A stretch of DNA of 64,000 nucleotides from IMG/VR virus record IMGVR_UViG_3300048088_000530, positions 7,298 to 71,297 of that record; one strand, written 5' to 3'. The DNA comes from a virus. Below, piece after piece: positions 38,462 to 48,042 of this stretch. The notes under the pieces are model-generated. The model saw only the letters and a program-made list of their open reading frames with translations, searched no databases and had not been told where the DNA came from. A program made the position numbers and the translations under genes. Each line of letters begins with the position of its first letter. Position 1 is the stretch's first letter.

Positions 38462-39940
38462 TTAGACCGTCATAGGACGTCCATCAATGATGTGATCTGC
38501 CAGCGCGTCCTTCACCGCCAGGTTCGCGGCAATCTCTTCATCAATAGTATCCTCTGCGATCAGATCGACGTAAAGGACAGGCTTAGTCGTGCCAATCCGG
38601 TGACAGCGGTCTTCCGACTGGCCGCGCACGTCATTGTCGTAATCGCAGCTGTAGTAGATGGACGTATGGGCGGCAGTAAGCGTAAGGCCTGCATACGCTG
38701 CCTTATTGCACACGAACGCGCGGACGCCGCCAGCTTGGAACGTATCCACGGCCAACTCGCGGTCGTCGTTCTTTACGCCGCCGTGGTATTCGACGCACGA
38801 AATGCCTTGCGCCTTCAGTGTCGCAACGATCTGGTCAATCTCATACCGATAGATAGCCCAGACGATAAACTGCCCTTCTACGTCATCCACAACGTCCAGG
38901 AACGCTTCCATGCGCGGGTTGTGCTCTGGTGAGAGCAGTTCAGGCTCTCCGTACACGTTGACAAAACCGGACGTTACCTGCTTCATCTTTGCTCGCGCGG
39001 CAATGGCCTGGAATGACATTTCGCCTTCCTGCCGCGAGTGGTAAGCGAGTTCTTCCTTGAGCTTGTCATACACCGTACGCTGCTCGTCGTTCAGCTGGAA
39101 GAGTCGCTGTTCATAGACCTTCGGCGGAAGGTCCAAGCACTCGTCTTTGCGGACCCGGTACATGTGCGGTTTGATCATCTCAGCCAGCTTGTCCAGGTTC
39201 TTGTACTTCTTCTGGCCGTTCTCGTCGTTCTCCACCACCTGCGCATAGACGCCTTTCGGACCCATCTTGCGCAGAATGCCGGCATTCTTTGGGTTGGTCA
39301 TGTCCAGCAGCACCGCGTATTCAGCGACGAACGCGCGGTAAGACTTCGTGCCCAGCAGACCGCTCTTCAGGAAGTCGAATTGACTGAACAGGTCCATCGG
39401 CGCTTTCGTCAGCGGCTTGCCGGACAGGATACGTCGCGCCTCTGCCGGTCGTCCAGCTTCGATGATGTACTTGGTACGCTTTGCATCCGGGTTGCCGATC
39501 TTTTTTGACTCATCGACCACGGCCATTGATTTGTACTGCAGAATGAAGGTTTCGACCAGTTCACGCGCGGCAGGCTGCAACATCGCCTCGAAATTCATGG
39601 TGAGCACGCGTAACGTCCTGGACTCGAATCGGGAAGCGGGTGCATTAAGTCGCTCCAAACCGCTCTTTTGCTTCTTCGTTTTCACCGGTCCACTCCAAGC
39701 GAAGCAGACGGACGGAATGCCCAGGTGTTTTGGAATCTCGCGCAGCACCCAGTTTGTGTGCACGCCCTTCGGCGCGAAGATGACCAGGCCTTCGATCTTG
39801 CCGGCCAGGAACGCGCGTTCAACGTCCGCGAGAAGCATCCATGACTTTCCTGTGCCCTGCTCAGAGAAGTTGGCGAAGTTACGTTTGCCTTCTGACCGTT
39901 CCAGGTAGGTCAGCTGGTGGCCCATGCCTTCTGTCTTCAT
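38462..39940 (-). CDS. SNF2-family (SF2) helicase
   Basis: EQGTGKS, VVDES, LSGKP, QSEDRCHRIG. Confidence 0.9.
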   Translation of the reverse strand: MKTEGMGHQLTYLERSEGKRNFANFSEQGTGKSWMLLADVERAFLAGKIEGLVIFAPKGVHTNWVLREIPKHLGIPSVCFAWSGPVKTKKQKSGLERLNAPASRFESRTLRVLTMNFEAMLQPAARELVETFILQYKSMAVVDESKKIGNPDAKRTKYIIEAGRPAEARRILSGKPLTKAPMDLFSQFDFLKSGLLGTKSYRAFVAEYAVLLDMTNPKNAGILRKMGPKGVYAQVVENDENGQKKYKNLDKLAEMIKPHMYRVRKDECLDLPPKVYEQRLFQLNDEQRTVYDKLKEELAYHSRQEGEMSFQAIAARAKMKQVTSGFVNVYGEPELLSPEHNPRMEAFLDVVDDVEGQFIVWAIYRYEIDQIVATLKAQGISCVEYHGGVKNDDRELAVDTFQAGGVRAFVCNKAAYAGLTLTAAHTSIYYSCDYDNDVRGQSEDRCHRIGTTKPVLYVDLIAEDTIDEEIAANLAVKDALADHIIDGRPMTV

Positions 39941-40359
39941 TTCAATAGTTCCAGGTAGGTTGCAATTTCGGTCTTGCCTGCACAGACGGTCGCACGGCTC
40001 GTCAACTCTTCGCGCGTCATCATATCCAGCGGCTCATCAGGGTCCAGCAGGTAGTAATCCAGGCCGACGCGAAGCAACGTAAAGGCGATGCCGTGCCATT
40101 CGCGCCACTGCCGCGCGAAGGAGAGTTGGCCTGGTTCGAACGCGTCACGCAGCGGCCTTGTCGTGGACCGGGCGGGCCAGCACTCCAATGCCTTGTTCTC
40201 GATCCAGAAGACGGTGCCGCGCCGGTTGATAAGGAGTACATCAGGCATGCCATCGCCGCTGTACAGGTTCTCAATTCGGAACGGCTTCACCTGACGAGGG
40301 TCCAACGCCCTGCTGAACGTGTCCCACGATTTCTGCTCACGCTGACGGCTCATTGTCAA
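39937..40359 (-). CDS. PD-(D/E)xK nuclease (VRR-NUC/resolvase-like)
   Basis: RIEN..GMPDV..WIENK..Q. Confidence 0.75.
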   Translation of the reverse strand: MTMSRQREQKSWDTFSRALDPRQVKPFRIENLYSGDGMPDVLLINRRGTVFWIENKALECWPARSTTRPLRDAFEPGQLSFARQWREWHGIAFTLLRVGLDYYLLDPDEPLDMMTREELTSRATVCAGKTEIATYLELLK

Positions 40360-43201
40360 TCCTTTTAACGTTTTTGACGATAAACATATCTATACCAGAA
40401 ATCTTCCATGCTCTGACCAGAAACCACGAGCCAAGCGGCGCGGTTTCTGCAATCGGCTTGCCGTGCTGTTTGTACTTGTCCGGTCGGACGCGGAACCGCA
40501 TCGGCGAATCGGTGGAGTCATCGACCATCATCAGATCAATGAACTGCGTATCGCCTTTCATAACTTTACCGCCGCGCTTCTTGATTCGGATGGCTTCGTT
40601 CTCATCGGCCAAAATCTTTTTGGTCAACTTAGAAATGACCAAGCACTCATCGCGGTCGCCGCACTCCTTCATCTGGATGATGGGGTTGCCGGAAGTGACG
40701 CCGACCAAGCGCGGATTGCGATAGTACTCGCCCCACTTGGTATGGGCTTCTGCCAAGTCCTGAAACTGAACTTCAGCCTTCGCGAGCGATTCAACGTGCT
40801 TCTGGTACAGCTTCCAGTCCTTTTTCGTGAGCGGACCAAGCGCAATTTGCGCTCGCCATTTCTCACGCGCCTGAATGAATTTGAGCGCCTTGACCGGCCC
40901 AAAGCCTTTTGCGTTTTGAATGCCGCCAATGAGCCGACCATCGGCAACTTTCCAATGCGTTTCGGAAAAGTCAGGATCGATGGGGGTATAGGCCACGCCT
41001 TCTTTCGCCAGTTCTCTAAGAATCGCGATAGTCTGCTCATCATCCTTCGCCGCGCGTAGGCAGGCGGCTGCAAACTCCAGCTTGTGGTAGCGCTTAAGCC
41101 AGCATGTCCAGTAGGTAACGACAGCATATGATACGGAGTGAGACTTGTTGAACCCCCACGAACCGAACGTGACCATTTCCTGCCAAATTTTCTTTGCTTG
41201 GTCAACCGGTACGCCTTGGGACGTAGCACCTTCAACGAAGTCCTGGCCCATTTTGTTGAAGTACTCTTCACCTTTTCTCCCTGACATAGCCTTGCGGACG
41301 GCAGAAGTTTTGACCCAGTCAAACAGGCCGATTTCCTTCACCACCGACATGATCTGTTCCTGGTACAAGAAGACGCCAAACGTGTCCTTCAGGTACTTCT
41401 CCAGCTGCGGCACATCGTACGTAACCGGCTCTTTCCCTGCCGCGCGCGCGATGTATTTCTGTGCCATGCCAGACGCGAGCGGGCCAGGCCGCGCCAACGC
41501 CGTCAGGTTGTCGATCTTGGAGAACCTATCGACATTAACAGAGCGCGTAACAGACCGGACGGCATCGCCTTCGAATTGGAAGATGCCGCTGACGCGGTCT
41601 TCGTTGATAACCTTGAACACTTCCGGGTCGTCCAGCTTCAGCGAGAACAACTGTTCTGCCGTAACCACGCCAGAGTCTTCGATGATGCCCAGAGTACGAA
41701 GCCCCAGGGCGTCGATCTTCAGCAGGTTCAGATACTCCGAATCCGGCTTGTCGATCTGCGCCACGCCTTCCACGTTGACTGTGCAATAGTCGCTGACCGG
41801 GTCATTACACACAAGAATGCCCGCTGCATGGACACCGGTGTGAGATGGATGAATCTCAAGATCGCCCATGCACTGCGCGGCTTCGGGAAAGCGGCGCATA
41901 AACTCCTGGCCAGGCTCCGTGCCGTCGAAGGTATCCTGCAGACCCTTCCCGTAACGCGCGTCACCAGACGAATAGACGATAAGCGCATTCTTGACGTTGG
42001 CAGTTTCACTGTAAGGGACTCCGAACCGTTTGCCAACCTGCGCCATCACGCTGTTAGCTTGCAGAGTGTTAATATTCCCAAGCTTCGCGACGTTTGCCGC
42101 ACCGTACTTATTCTGAAGGTACTCGAAAACCAGATGTCGTTTGGTGTCCGTAAAGTCGATGTCGATGTCAGGCAAGTCAGCGCGACTAATGTCAATGAAT
42201 CGCTGGAATAGTAGATCGTGCGGGATTGGGTCAACTTCGGTGATACCCAAAAGATAACACACCAGCGACCCTGCCGAAGAGCCGCGAGCGGGACCGACCA
42301 GCATATGCTCCTTCGCATAGCGAACCAGATCAGACACAACAAGAAAGTATGAATCAAACTTCTTGAGTTGAATCTGCTCGATTTCCATGACAAACCGCGC
42401 TTCATACTCGTCCGTCCATTCCGAAATATGACCACGCGACAGACGGCTGACCTGCCCTTCGCGCGCCAGTGCCACCAGATCGCCGTCTAAGTGGATAAGC
42501 GGCGCTTTCTGGAGCGATACCCCAGACAGACGCTCAGCGACGCAATGCGTGTTGAATACGGCATTTTCGAACTCGTCGCAAGTCATGAAATGGCACACCT
42601 GCGTCCAAATCTCGACTTCCGATGCTATGTGGCGCATTCCGACAGAGTCACGAACTTCCCAAGCATACGCAAACCGCTCGTGCTTCGGGTGCGGCATGTC
42701 GTTGTAAGATGTGATAACCATCGGCTTGCCGGTACGCCGCGCGAGTTGCACGGCACGGTAGGCGTGCAGATAGGAAGACGGATTGACGTCAACGTAATCG
42801 AATGCGTCTTCACTGAGATCATGCGCGCCGCCACAGAAGCGAGTAACGCCCCTGGCCTTGATAAAATCAGCATTCGTCAGGCCCTTTTGCGCGACCGCTT
42901 TCGTGGTCAGGTTGTAGAACGCTTTGGTGTCCTCTGCGAGAACCCAGGCAACCGGCTTGAATCCGTCTGGCTCGCCGTCTTCGTCCAGCGTGATCACCGG
43001 AATCTCTGCGCCGAACATCGGCTTGAGCTCAGCCTTCTTCATCGCCTGTTCCCAGCGACCGTGGCCCCACGTGCCGGCATCCACGAGCGCGGCAGTCGTG
43101 CAACCTAGTTCCTGCAGACGCGTGACGATTTCCGGGTGCCGTCCGTAGGCGTTGCGGTACGAATAGCCAGACCTTACTCTGAGTTGCGGGATGGCCATCA
43201 C
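40337..43201 (-). CDS. dnaE: DNA polymerase III alpha-like (family C) replicative polymerase
   Basis: GPARGSSAGSL, PDIDIDF, HAAGI, KIDALGL, FNKSHS. Confidence 0.95.
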   Translation of the reverse strand: MMAIPQLRVRSGYSYRNAYGRHPEIVTRLQELGCTTAALVDAGTWGHGRWEQAMKKAELKPMFGAEIPVITLDEDGEPDGFKPVAWVLAEDTKAFYNLTTKAVAQKGLTNADFIKARGVTRFCGGAHDLSEDAFDYVDVNPSSYLHAYRAVQLARRTGKPMVITSYNDMPHPKHERFAYAWEVRDSVGMRHIASEVEIWTQVCHFMTCDEFENAVFNTHCVAERLSGVSLQKAPLIHLDGDLVALAREGQVSRLSRGHISEWTDEYEARFVMEIEQIQLKKFDSYFLVVSDLVRYAKEHMLVGPARGSSAGSLVCYLLGITEVDPIPHDLLFQRFIDISRADLPDIDIDFTDTKRHLVFEYLQNKYGAANVAKLGNINTLQANSVMAQVGKRFGVPYSETANVKNALIVYSSGDARYGKGLQDTFDGTEPGQEFMRRFPEAAQCMGDLEIHPSHTGVHAAGILVCNDPVSDYCTVNVEGVAQIDKPDSEYLNLLKIDALGLRTLGIIEDSGVVTAEQLFSLKLDDPEVFKVINEDRVSGIFQFEGDAVRSVTRSVNVDRFSKIDNLTALARPGPLASGMAQKYIARAAGKEPVTYDVPQLEKYLKDTFGVFLYQEQIMSVVKEIGLFDWVKTSAVRKAMSGRKGEEYFNKMGQDFVEGATSQGVPVDQAKKIWQEMVTFGSWGFNKSHSVSYAVVTYWTCWLKRYHKLEFAAACLRAAKDDEQTIAILRELAKEGVAYTPIDPDFSETHWKVADGRLIGGIQNAKGFGPVKALKFIQAREKWRAQIALGPLTKKDWKLYQKHVESLAKAEVQFQDLAEAHTKWGEYYRNPRLVGVTSGNPIIQMKECGDRDECLVISKLTKKILADENEAIRIKKRGGKVMKGDTQFIDLMMVDDSTDSPMRFRVRPDKYKQHGKPIAETAPLGSWFLVRAWKISGIDMFIVKNVKRIDNEPSA

Positions 43202-43761
43202 TTCACTCCTTTGAACGCTTCATAGACACCTTCTGCTTTGCAGGCTTCGTGCAGCAACTTAACGTCGTCCAATGCCCTGTGCTTCTGGACGTACGGACCA
43301 CACTTCATCGCGTACCAGTCCTGCAGCCGCACCCGTTTTCCGTACATATGGAACGTCTGTTCCACCGTACAGATTTCGATTGCGTCGCCGTTCAGGCCGC
43401 GCCAGCAGATATCGTCCAGCGTCTTTCTGAGGCGTCGAAGGTCGAAGGTGCAAATGCCCTTATCGAATGAGAGGTTGTGCGCGATCCGTCCGCGCGTCGC
43501 AGCGAAGTAGCTGCACAGTTGCGGAATGAAGTGCTCAAATGGCGGCTTGTCTTCCAGATCGGCGTTCGTCAAACCGGTGATTTCGGTGATGATCGCTTCG
43601 ATCTGGATGCCAGGGTTGCAGATGAATGACAACTCTTCGTGAATCGTTTCGCCGTCCGTGATTATGCCACCGAATTCGATGGCGCGCGGCTGCTTGTGGA
43701 GGTCTGCGTCAGGATGGAAGGGCAGGCCCGTAGTTTCCCAGTCGAACACGGAGAAGAGCAT
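43198..43761 (-). CDS. DEDDh 3'-5' exonuclease (epsilon-like)
   Basis: DWETTG, AHNLSFD, HRALDDV. Confidence 0.9.
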   Translation of the reverse strand: MLFSVFDWETTGLPFHPDADLHKQPRAIEFGGIITDGETIHEELSFICNPGIQIEAIITEITGLTNADLEDKPPFEHFIPQLCSYFAATRGRIAHNLSFDKGICTFDLRRLRKTLDDICWRGLNGDAIEICTVEQTFHMYGKRVRLQDWYAMKCGPYVQKHRALDDVKLLHEACKAEGVYEAFKGVK

Positions 43762-44045
43762 CAGTCAACTCCCAGGAAACGGATATTGCGTTTGAGCATA
43801 CGAGCGCATCGCGTAGCGTGGCACGATGAGTTCTTGGCGTAGACGGTCGCAGGCGTATCGGCAGCAGGCTGTCCGCGCCAGAGCTTGAGCCAGCGACGGT
43901 TGGCGCGTCGAATGCTTCGGACGCAGATCGGTTTGCCGATAGGATTGCCGTACAGGTTTGGGATAGATACGCGCGAGCCTTCTGCGTATCCGTTTGATTC
44001 ATTCCAAGCGCGCCGACGAAGCGCACGTGTTAGACTTTTGGTCAT
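43761..44045 (-). CDS. Basic hypothetical protein
   Basis: 94-aa Arg-rich ORF with AAAGGA RBS. Confidence 0.55.
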   Translation of the reverse strand: MTKSLTRALRRRAWNESNGYAEGSRVSIPNLYGNPIGKPICVRSIRRANRRWLKLWRGQPAADTPATVYAKNSSCHATRCARMLKRNIRFLGVD

Positions 44046-44065
44046 TCTCTTTCCTTTCTGTGGAT

Positions 44066-44091
44066 AACAAAAAGCCGCGACTGGCGCGGCT
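44066..44091 (-). terminator. Terminator hairpin with CCAGT loop
   Basis: AGCCGCG-CCAGT-CGCGGCT followed by T-rich tail. Confidence 0.75.
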
Positions 44092-44217
44092 CTCTGGGCA
44101 AACGGGTTACGGCTGAGAGCCAGAGCCGAACCGACAAACGGTGGGTGGCTCTGGCCAGTTCCGTGTGAAGGCGCATCGTACCTTGGCTGTCTTTGAAGTA
44201 GACGGTACGCGCCTATT

Positions 44218-44742
44218 TTACTGGGCGGAACTGTACGGCAGACGCACGATGAACTTGAGGTCCACGCCGATCAGGTAGCGCGTGTCATAAATGACGTACT
44301 TGTAGCGGCGCGAATCCTTGATTACCGGGTTCGCATGCGACTGCGTGACGACGCGCTGCGCGATCTTGATGTCGAATTCCTGCATGACCAGATCGAACTG
44401 CGTCAGTTCTTCTTCAGTGACGTGCATGCCCAGATGCGACACCGCGCCGAAGCAGCCGGTTTCGTTCGCTTCCTGGCTCACGGTCATCCAGTTGTCGCCT
44501 TCCGTGTAGTCCAGAATTTCGAGTTCCAGCGGCTTGCCGGCACCAGCGTCTGACCCGTTACCGGCCTGGTAGTTGAAGGCCAGGTGCGCGGTGTTCTCGC
44601 AGTCCGACTCGGTAAATACAGAGCCGCGTGCAACGACCGTATCGTGGTGCCAATCGGACAGGCCAAGGCGCGCCAGGAAGTTACGTGCGTTGACGGAATT
44701 GGCGGTGAAGAGTGCAACTTGTTCGATTTTGAATTGCGGCAT
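44218..44742 (-). CDS. VOC/glyoxalase-superfamily protein (epimerase-like)
   Basis: IEQVAL..LELEIL..SHLGMHV..YDT..IGVDLKFI pattern. Confidence 0.65.
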   Translation of the reverse strand: MPQFKIEQVALFTANSVNARNFLARLGLSDWHHDTVVARGSVFTESDCENTAHLAFNYQAGNGSDAGAGKPLELEILDYTEGDNWMTVSQEANETGCFGAVSHLGMHVTEEELTQFDLVMQEFDIKIAQRVVTQSHANPVIKDSRRYKYVIYDTRYLIGVDLKFIVRLPYSSAQ

Positions 44743-44743
44743 T

Positions 44744-44950
44744 TTAATTTCCATTAACATCGGGTTCCGGGTCTTGCGCGTCTTCGAATTCGACAAGCGC
44801 TTTGCCCAGGTTGAGAATCATAGACGAAGCGGACTGGACGTGCTCTTCACCGTTCATGAACTGAACGAATCGAAGGACGACTTCAGCAGCGGCTTCGTCA
44901 CCAAATGCGAGGTCTTCACTAGCCGCGCGCAGTTCGCTTTCCAAAGACAT
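44744..44950 (-). CDS. Hypothetical protein
   Basis: 68-aa ORF with AAGGAG RBS. Confidence 0.6.
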   Translation of the reverse strand: MSLESELRAASEDLAFGDEAAAEVVLRFVQFMNGEEHVQSASSMILNLGKALVEFEDAQDPEPDVNGN

Positions 44951-44959
44951 CAGGACTCC

Positions 44960-45214
44960 TTAGCGCTTGGGCGCTTCTTTGTCAGGCCCGTTGAACTTCG
45001 AGTTGTCCACCGTAACAACGGGCACGGTGGACAGGAGTTCGCAGCGCTGCGTGTCGAACCAGCTGGAGTCGCGCAGCTTGCCGTCTGCATCGACGGACGG
45101 AACCAGCAGCAACTGATCGCAGCCGGTGATGTATTCGACGTGGCCCGTTGCGACGCCGGTGAATCCGGTCACCTTGTCGCGAAGCGTGAAGCCAAGCAAT
45201 TCTTTCCCTTTCAT
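44960..45214 (-). CDS. Conserved small phage protein
   Basis: RDKVTGFTG..EYITGC..WFD; AAGGAG RBS. Confidence 0.7.
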   Translation of the reverse strand: MKGKELLGFTLRDKVTGFTGVATGHVEYITGCDQLLLVPSVDADGKLRDSSWFDTQRCELLSTVPVVTVDNSKFNGPDKEAPKR

Positions 45215-45224
45215 TTACTTCTCC

Positions 45225-45533
45225 TTAAAGGTAAACCACTTGCAGACCAAGCATGACTGCAATGTTAAATTCCCAATTCGCGCCCTTGCTCGCTTGCCAG
45301 CCAGGAAGCATCCAGATTTGTGTGCAGTCCGGGATTTCCTTAACGCAGCGCCGCATGTAGTAGCGCCAGATTTCATCCTTGTCGGTCATCGACTCCGGGT
45401 GCGGCGGAACGTCCTGCGGATTGAAATAGGCAAGGCCGCTCGAAAACAGATTTGCCGCCACCTTGTCGAATGCCGGTTTATTCCCTTCCGGCAGACCGGA
45501 AACCGGACCGCTGATGTATATTTTCACTGGCAT
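45225..45533 (-). CDS. DUF4406 (nucleoside deoxyribosyltransferase-like) protein
   Basis: IYISGPVSG..FNP..W.YYMR..MLPGWQASKGANWE. Confidence 0.85.
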   Translation of the reverse strand: MPVKIYISGPVSGLPEGNKPAFDKVAANLFSSGLAYFNPQDVPPHPESMTDKDEIWRYYMRRCVKEIPDCTQIWMLPGWQASKGANWEFNIAVMLGLQVVYL

Positions 45534-45546
45534 CGCGGATCGCTCC

Positions 45547-46227
45547 TTACTTACCAAACGGTATATCGCAACCGGACAGGTATAGATAGTTGCCCTGGGT
45601 GAGAAGTCCGCTGATCAACTCAGCGACGGCTTCAGGCGGTGTTTCAAGGCCGTGCATCAACGCCTTGCGCTGGTACTCCTTCGCGAATTCCGGCGACCAG
45701 CCGCGCACCTTGCAAACATTGTCCTCGATGGCCTTGGACATGCCGGTGCCCGCCAGTTTGTTCGGTGAGACGCTGAAGACGGTGATGCCGTACTTCGGCG
45801 TCAACTCGTGCGCCATCTGCTTGCTGATCATCAACGCTGCGGCCTTCGATGCATTGTAGCTCAGGCTGGAAGTCATCGGGATATGACTCGCATTGGATAC
45901 AATGTTGATGACACAGCCTTTCGACTTCCGCAAGTGAGGGAGCAACGCCTGTGTCATCTTCACAAACGAGAAGGCGTTGACATCCATCAAGCCGAAAAAA
46001 TCATCTTCTCCGACTTCTTCGAACCAGCGGTTGTCGTTGATACCGGCGCAGTTGATCAGCGCGTCCAGCGTGCCGATTTCGTTCAGCCACTGCGACGGAT
46101 TGCGAACGTCGTCGCCGTTCAGCTGGTCATACTCGTACACGAAGTGGCCAGCGTCACGAAGGGCGGCGCAGATTGCCGCGCCCAGGCCGGTGGACGAACC
46201 GGTCACAAGAATGTGCTTGATGGACAT
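45547..46227 (-). CDS. Short-chain dehydrogenase/reductase
   Basis: VTGSSTGLG, INCAG, catalytic YNASK. Confidence 0.9.
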   Translation of the reverse strand: MSIKHILVTGSSTGLGAAICAALRDAGHFVYEYDQLNGDDVRNPSQWLNEIGTLDALINCAGINDNRWFEEVGEDDFFGLMDVNAFSFVKMTQALLPHLRKSKGCVINIVSNASHIPMTSSLSYNASKAAALMISKQMAHELTPKYGITVFSVSPNKLAGTGMSKAIEDNVCKVRGWSPEFAKEYQRKALMHGLETPPEAVAELISGLLTQGNYLYLSGCDIPFGK

Positions 46228-47169
46228 TTAGTCTTCGCTCCACTGGTCGCGAACTTCGATGTTGTGCTCAGTCGCGAGCGCTTCGACCATGGCAGCGTAC
46301 ACGGCCAGATCGTGGATCGAGTCGGCATGGCGCAGATCGCTCTTGACGAAGCGCGTCAGCTTGACGATCATCAATTCAAACAGGTGATACGCGTGGTGGT
46401 CTTCCGCTTCGCGCAGCGTAACGCCGTGCGGGAATAGCGCCTTCATCACCGCGCCGACCATCACGGCGTTGTCCTTGTAACCGGCGTTGCGCTCGCGGTA
46501 CGTCGCTGCGGCCTGGTCCAGAATGTCTGCCGCGCTGAGCAGCTTGGCGCGCGTCGCGACGTTTGCCGGGTTGAACGGTTGCTTGTTCTGGCTCGCGAGC
46601 GTGGCCAGGTGGGCTTCGCGCAGTTGATCCAGGGTAACGGGTGCGCCGTCGATCCGCGTCCCAGTCTGGGCCGTTTCCTGCACCAAGCCGTTCTCGTTGA
46701 GCAGGCCGACCTGCACGCCCTTCGACCGGTACATGTCGATGATGTCCTGGCGGTCGTCGTAAGCCATCACCAGATTCTTGCCGGTCTGCTCGACGTACTT
46801 GTTGATGTACGACAAGAATTCCGTCTTCACTTCGACGGCGCTGCGTGCGTCGTCGTCCTTGCGCATCAGGATGATGAAATCCTTCGTCGGCTCGATGCTG
46901 AAGTGGCGCTTGATCCAGCCAGCGGTGAGCTCAGCGACCTTGAACGGGCGCGCGGTGCAGAACGCGATGAAGTCGCCGTTGGCGATGTGACCGGTGAGCA
47001 GCTGGCTGCCGACTTCCAACGGCGGATCGTCGCCGCAACCGGCGTGGTAGAAGTCGAATTGCAGCGGCTGGTCTGCGTCAGCCGGAATACGCGAACGCCT
47101 CCAGCGGTCGTCGCTGATACAGCCGTCGATATCGAAGATCACCACGTTGTCGTTGAGTTCACGAGTCAT
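46228..47169 (-). CDS. HAD phosphatase fused to DUF6378/MazG-like helical domain
   Basis: FDIDG, CTAR, YDDR; C-terminal ERNAGY..VKLTR..DSIHDLAVYAAM. Confidence 0.8.
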   Translation of the reverse strand: MTRELNDNVVIFDIDGCISDDRWRRSRIPADADQPLQFDFYHAGCGDDPPLEVGSQLLTGHIANGDFIAFCTARPFKVAELTAGWIKRHFSIEPTKDFIILMRKDDDARSAVEVKTEFLSYINKYVEQTGKNLVMAYDDRQDIIDMYRSKGVQVGLLNENGLVQETAQTGTRIDGAPVTLDQLREAHLATLASQNKQPFNPANVATRAKLLSAADILDQAAATYRERNAGYKDNAVMVGAVMKALFPHGVTLREAEDHHAYHLFELMIVKLTRFVKSDLRHADSIHDLAVYAAMVEALATEHNIEVRDQWSED

Positions 47170-47207
47170 TTCTGATTCCTTTCTTGAAAGAGGTTGATAT
47201 TCTACGC

Positions 47208-47960
47208 TTAGTAGGTGTAGTTCAAAGTCAGCATGTGCGCGCCCTTAACACCGGACGGCGATTGCCAATCTTGAACACCAGTCTGTGACTGGCGCGCGAA
47301 GATGTACGTGTACCGGACACTGAACGGACCCTTGGAAACGCTCGCGCCGACGACCGCGCCAACGTGCAGCTTCGGTTCGGTGGTCAGGTTGTGGACGGTG
47401 CCAATCGGGCCAAGCTTGCCGGTGCCGTCATTGGACGTAACGGTGGCGTGCGTAACCCAGGTGTCGCGATACAGGGCCGGTCCTGCTTCGACGCCGACCG
47501 TCCAGCCGTTACGCAGCTGCCAGTACGGCTCCAGCGTAAGAGCGAATGCCTGGATGCGTCCGAACGACTCGAAATCACTCATCTGGCCGCACGTATGGTT
47601 GATGCAGGCCTTTGCCTTCGGATCGTATCCGCCGACCTTTCCGACCATGGTGAAATCGCTTGCGTCTTGCGGCGAAGAAGCGGACCAGTTGACGCCGCCG
47701 AAGTTGAGATAATCCGCGTGGATGCGCAGGCCAGGAACGAACGACATGGCCTTTGCGTCGATGACGGTCGATACGACGCCGACCCGGAACGCGAAGGCAT
47801 TGACCGGCGCGCTGTACTTGAAACCCGGACTGTAATAGATGCCCGGACCTTCGCGCGTGTACGATGACACGCCAAAACCGGCTTCGATACTGAACCACGA
47901 TTCAGCGTGCGCGCCTACAGAGGCGAACGCAAGGGCGGCAACAACGGCGACTTTCTTCAT
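47208..47960 (-). CDS. Outer-membrane beta-barrel-like protein
   Basis: Signal peptide MKKVAVVAALAFASVGAHA, alternating beta strands, C-terminal LNYTY. Confidence 0.7.
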   Translation of the reverse strand: MKKVAVVAALAFASVGAHAESWFSIEAGFGVSSYTREGPGIYYSPGFKYSAPVNAFAFRVGVVSTVIDAKAMSFVPGLRIHADYLNFGGVNWSASSPQDASDFTMVGKVGGYDPKAKACINHTCGQMSDFESFGRIQAFALTLEPYWQLRNGWTVGVEAGPALYRDTWVTHATVTSNDGTGKLGPIGTVHNLTTEPKLHVGAVVGASVSKGPFSVRYTYIFARQSQTGVQDWQSPSGVKGAHMLTLNYTY

Positions 47961-48042
47961 GTTCTTTCTGGTCCTTTCTTCTTTTGTTTAAGAGTGAGTT
48001 AATTCTACCGTGCGGTGGTGAACTAACTCACACACACTGCGC

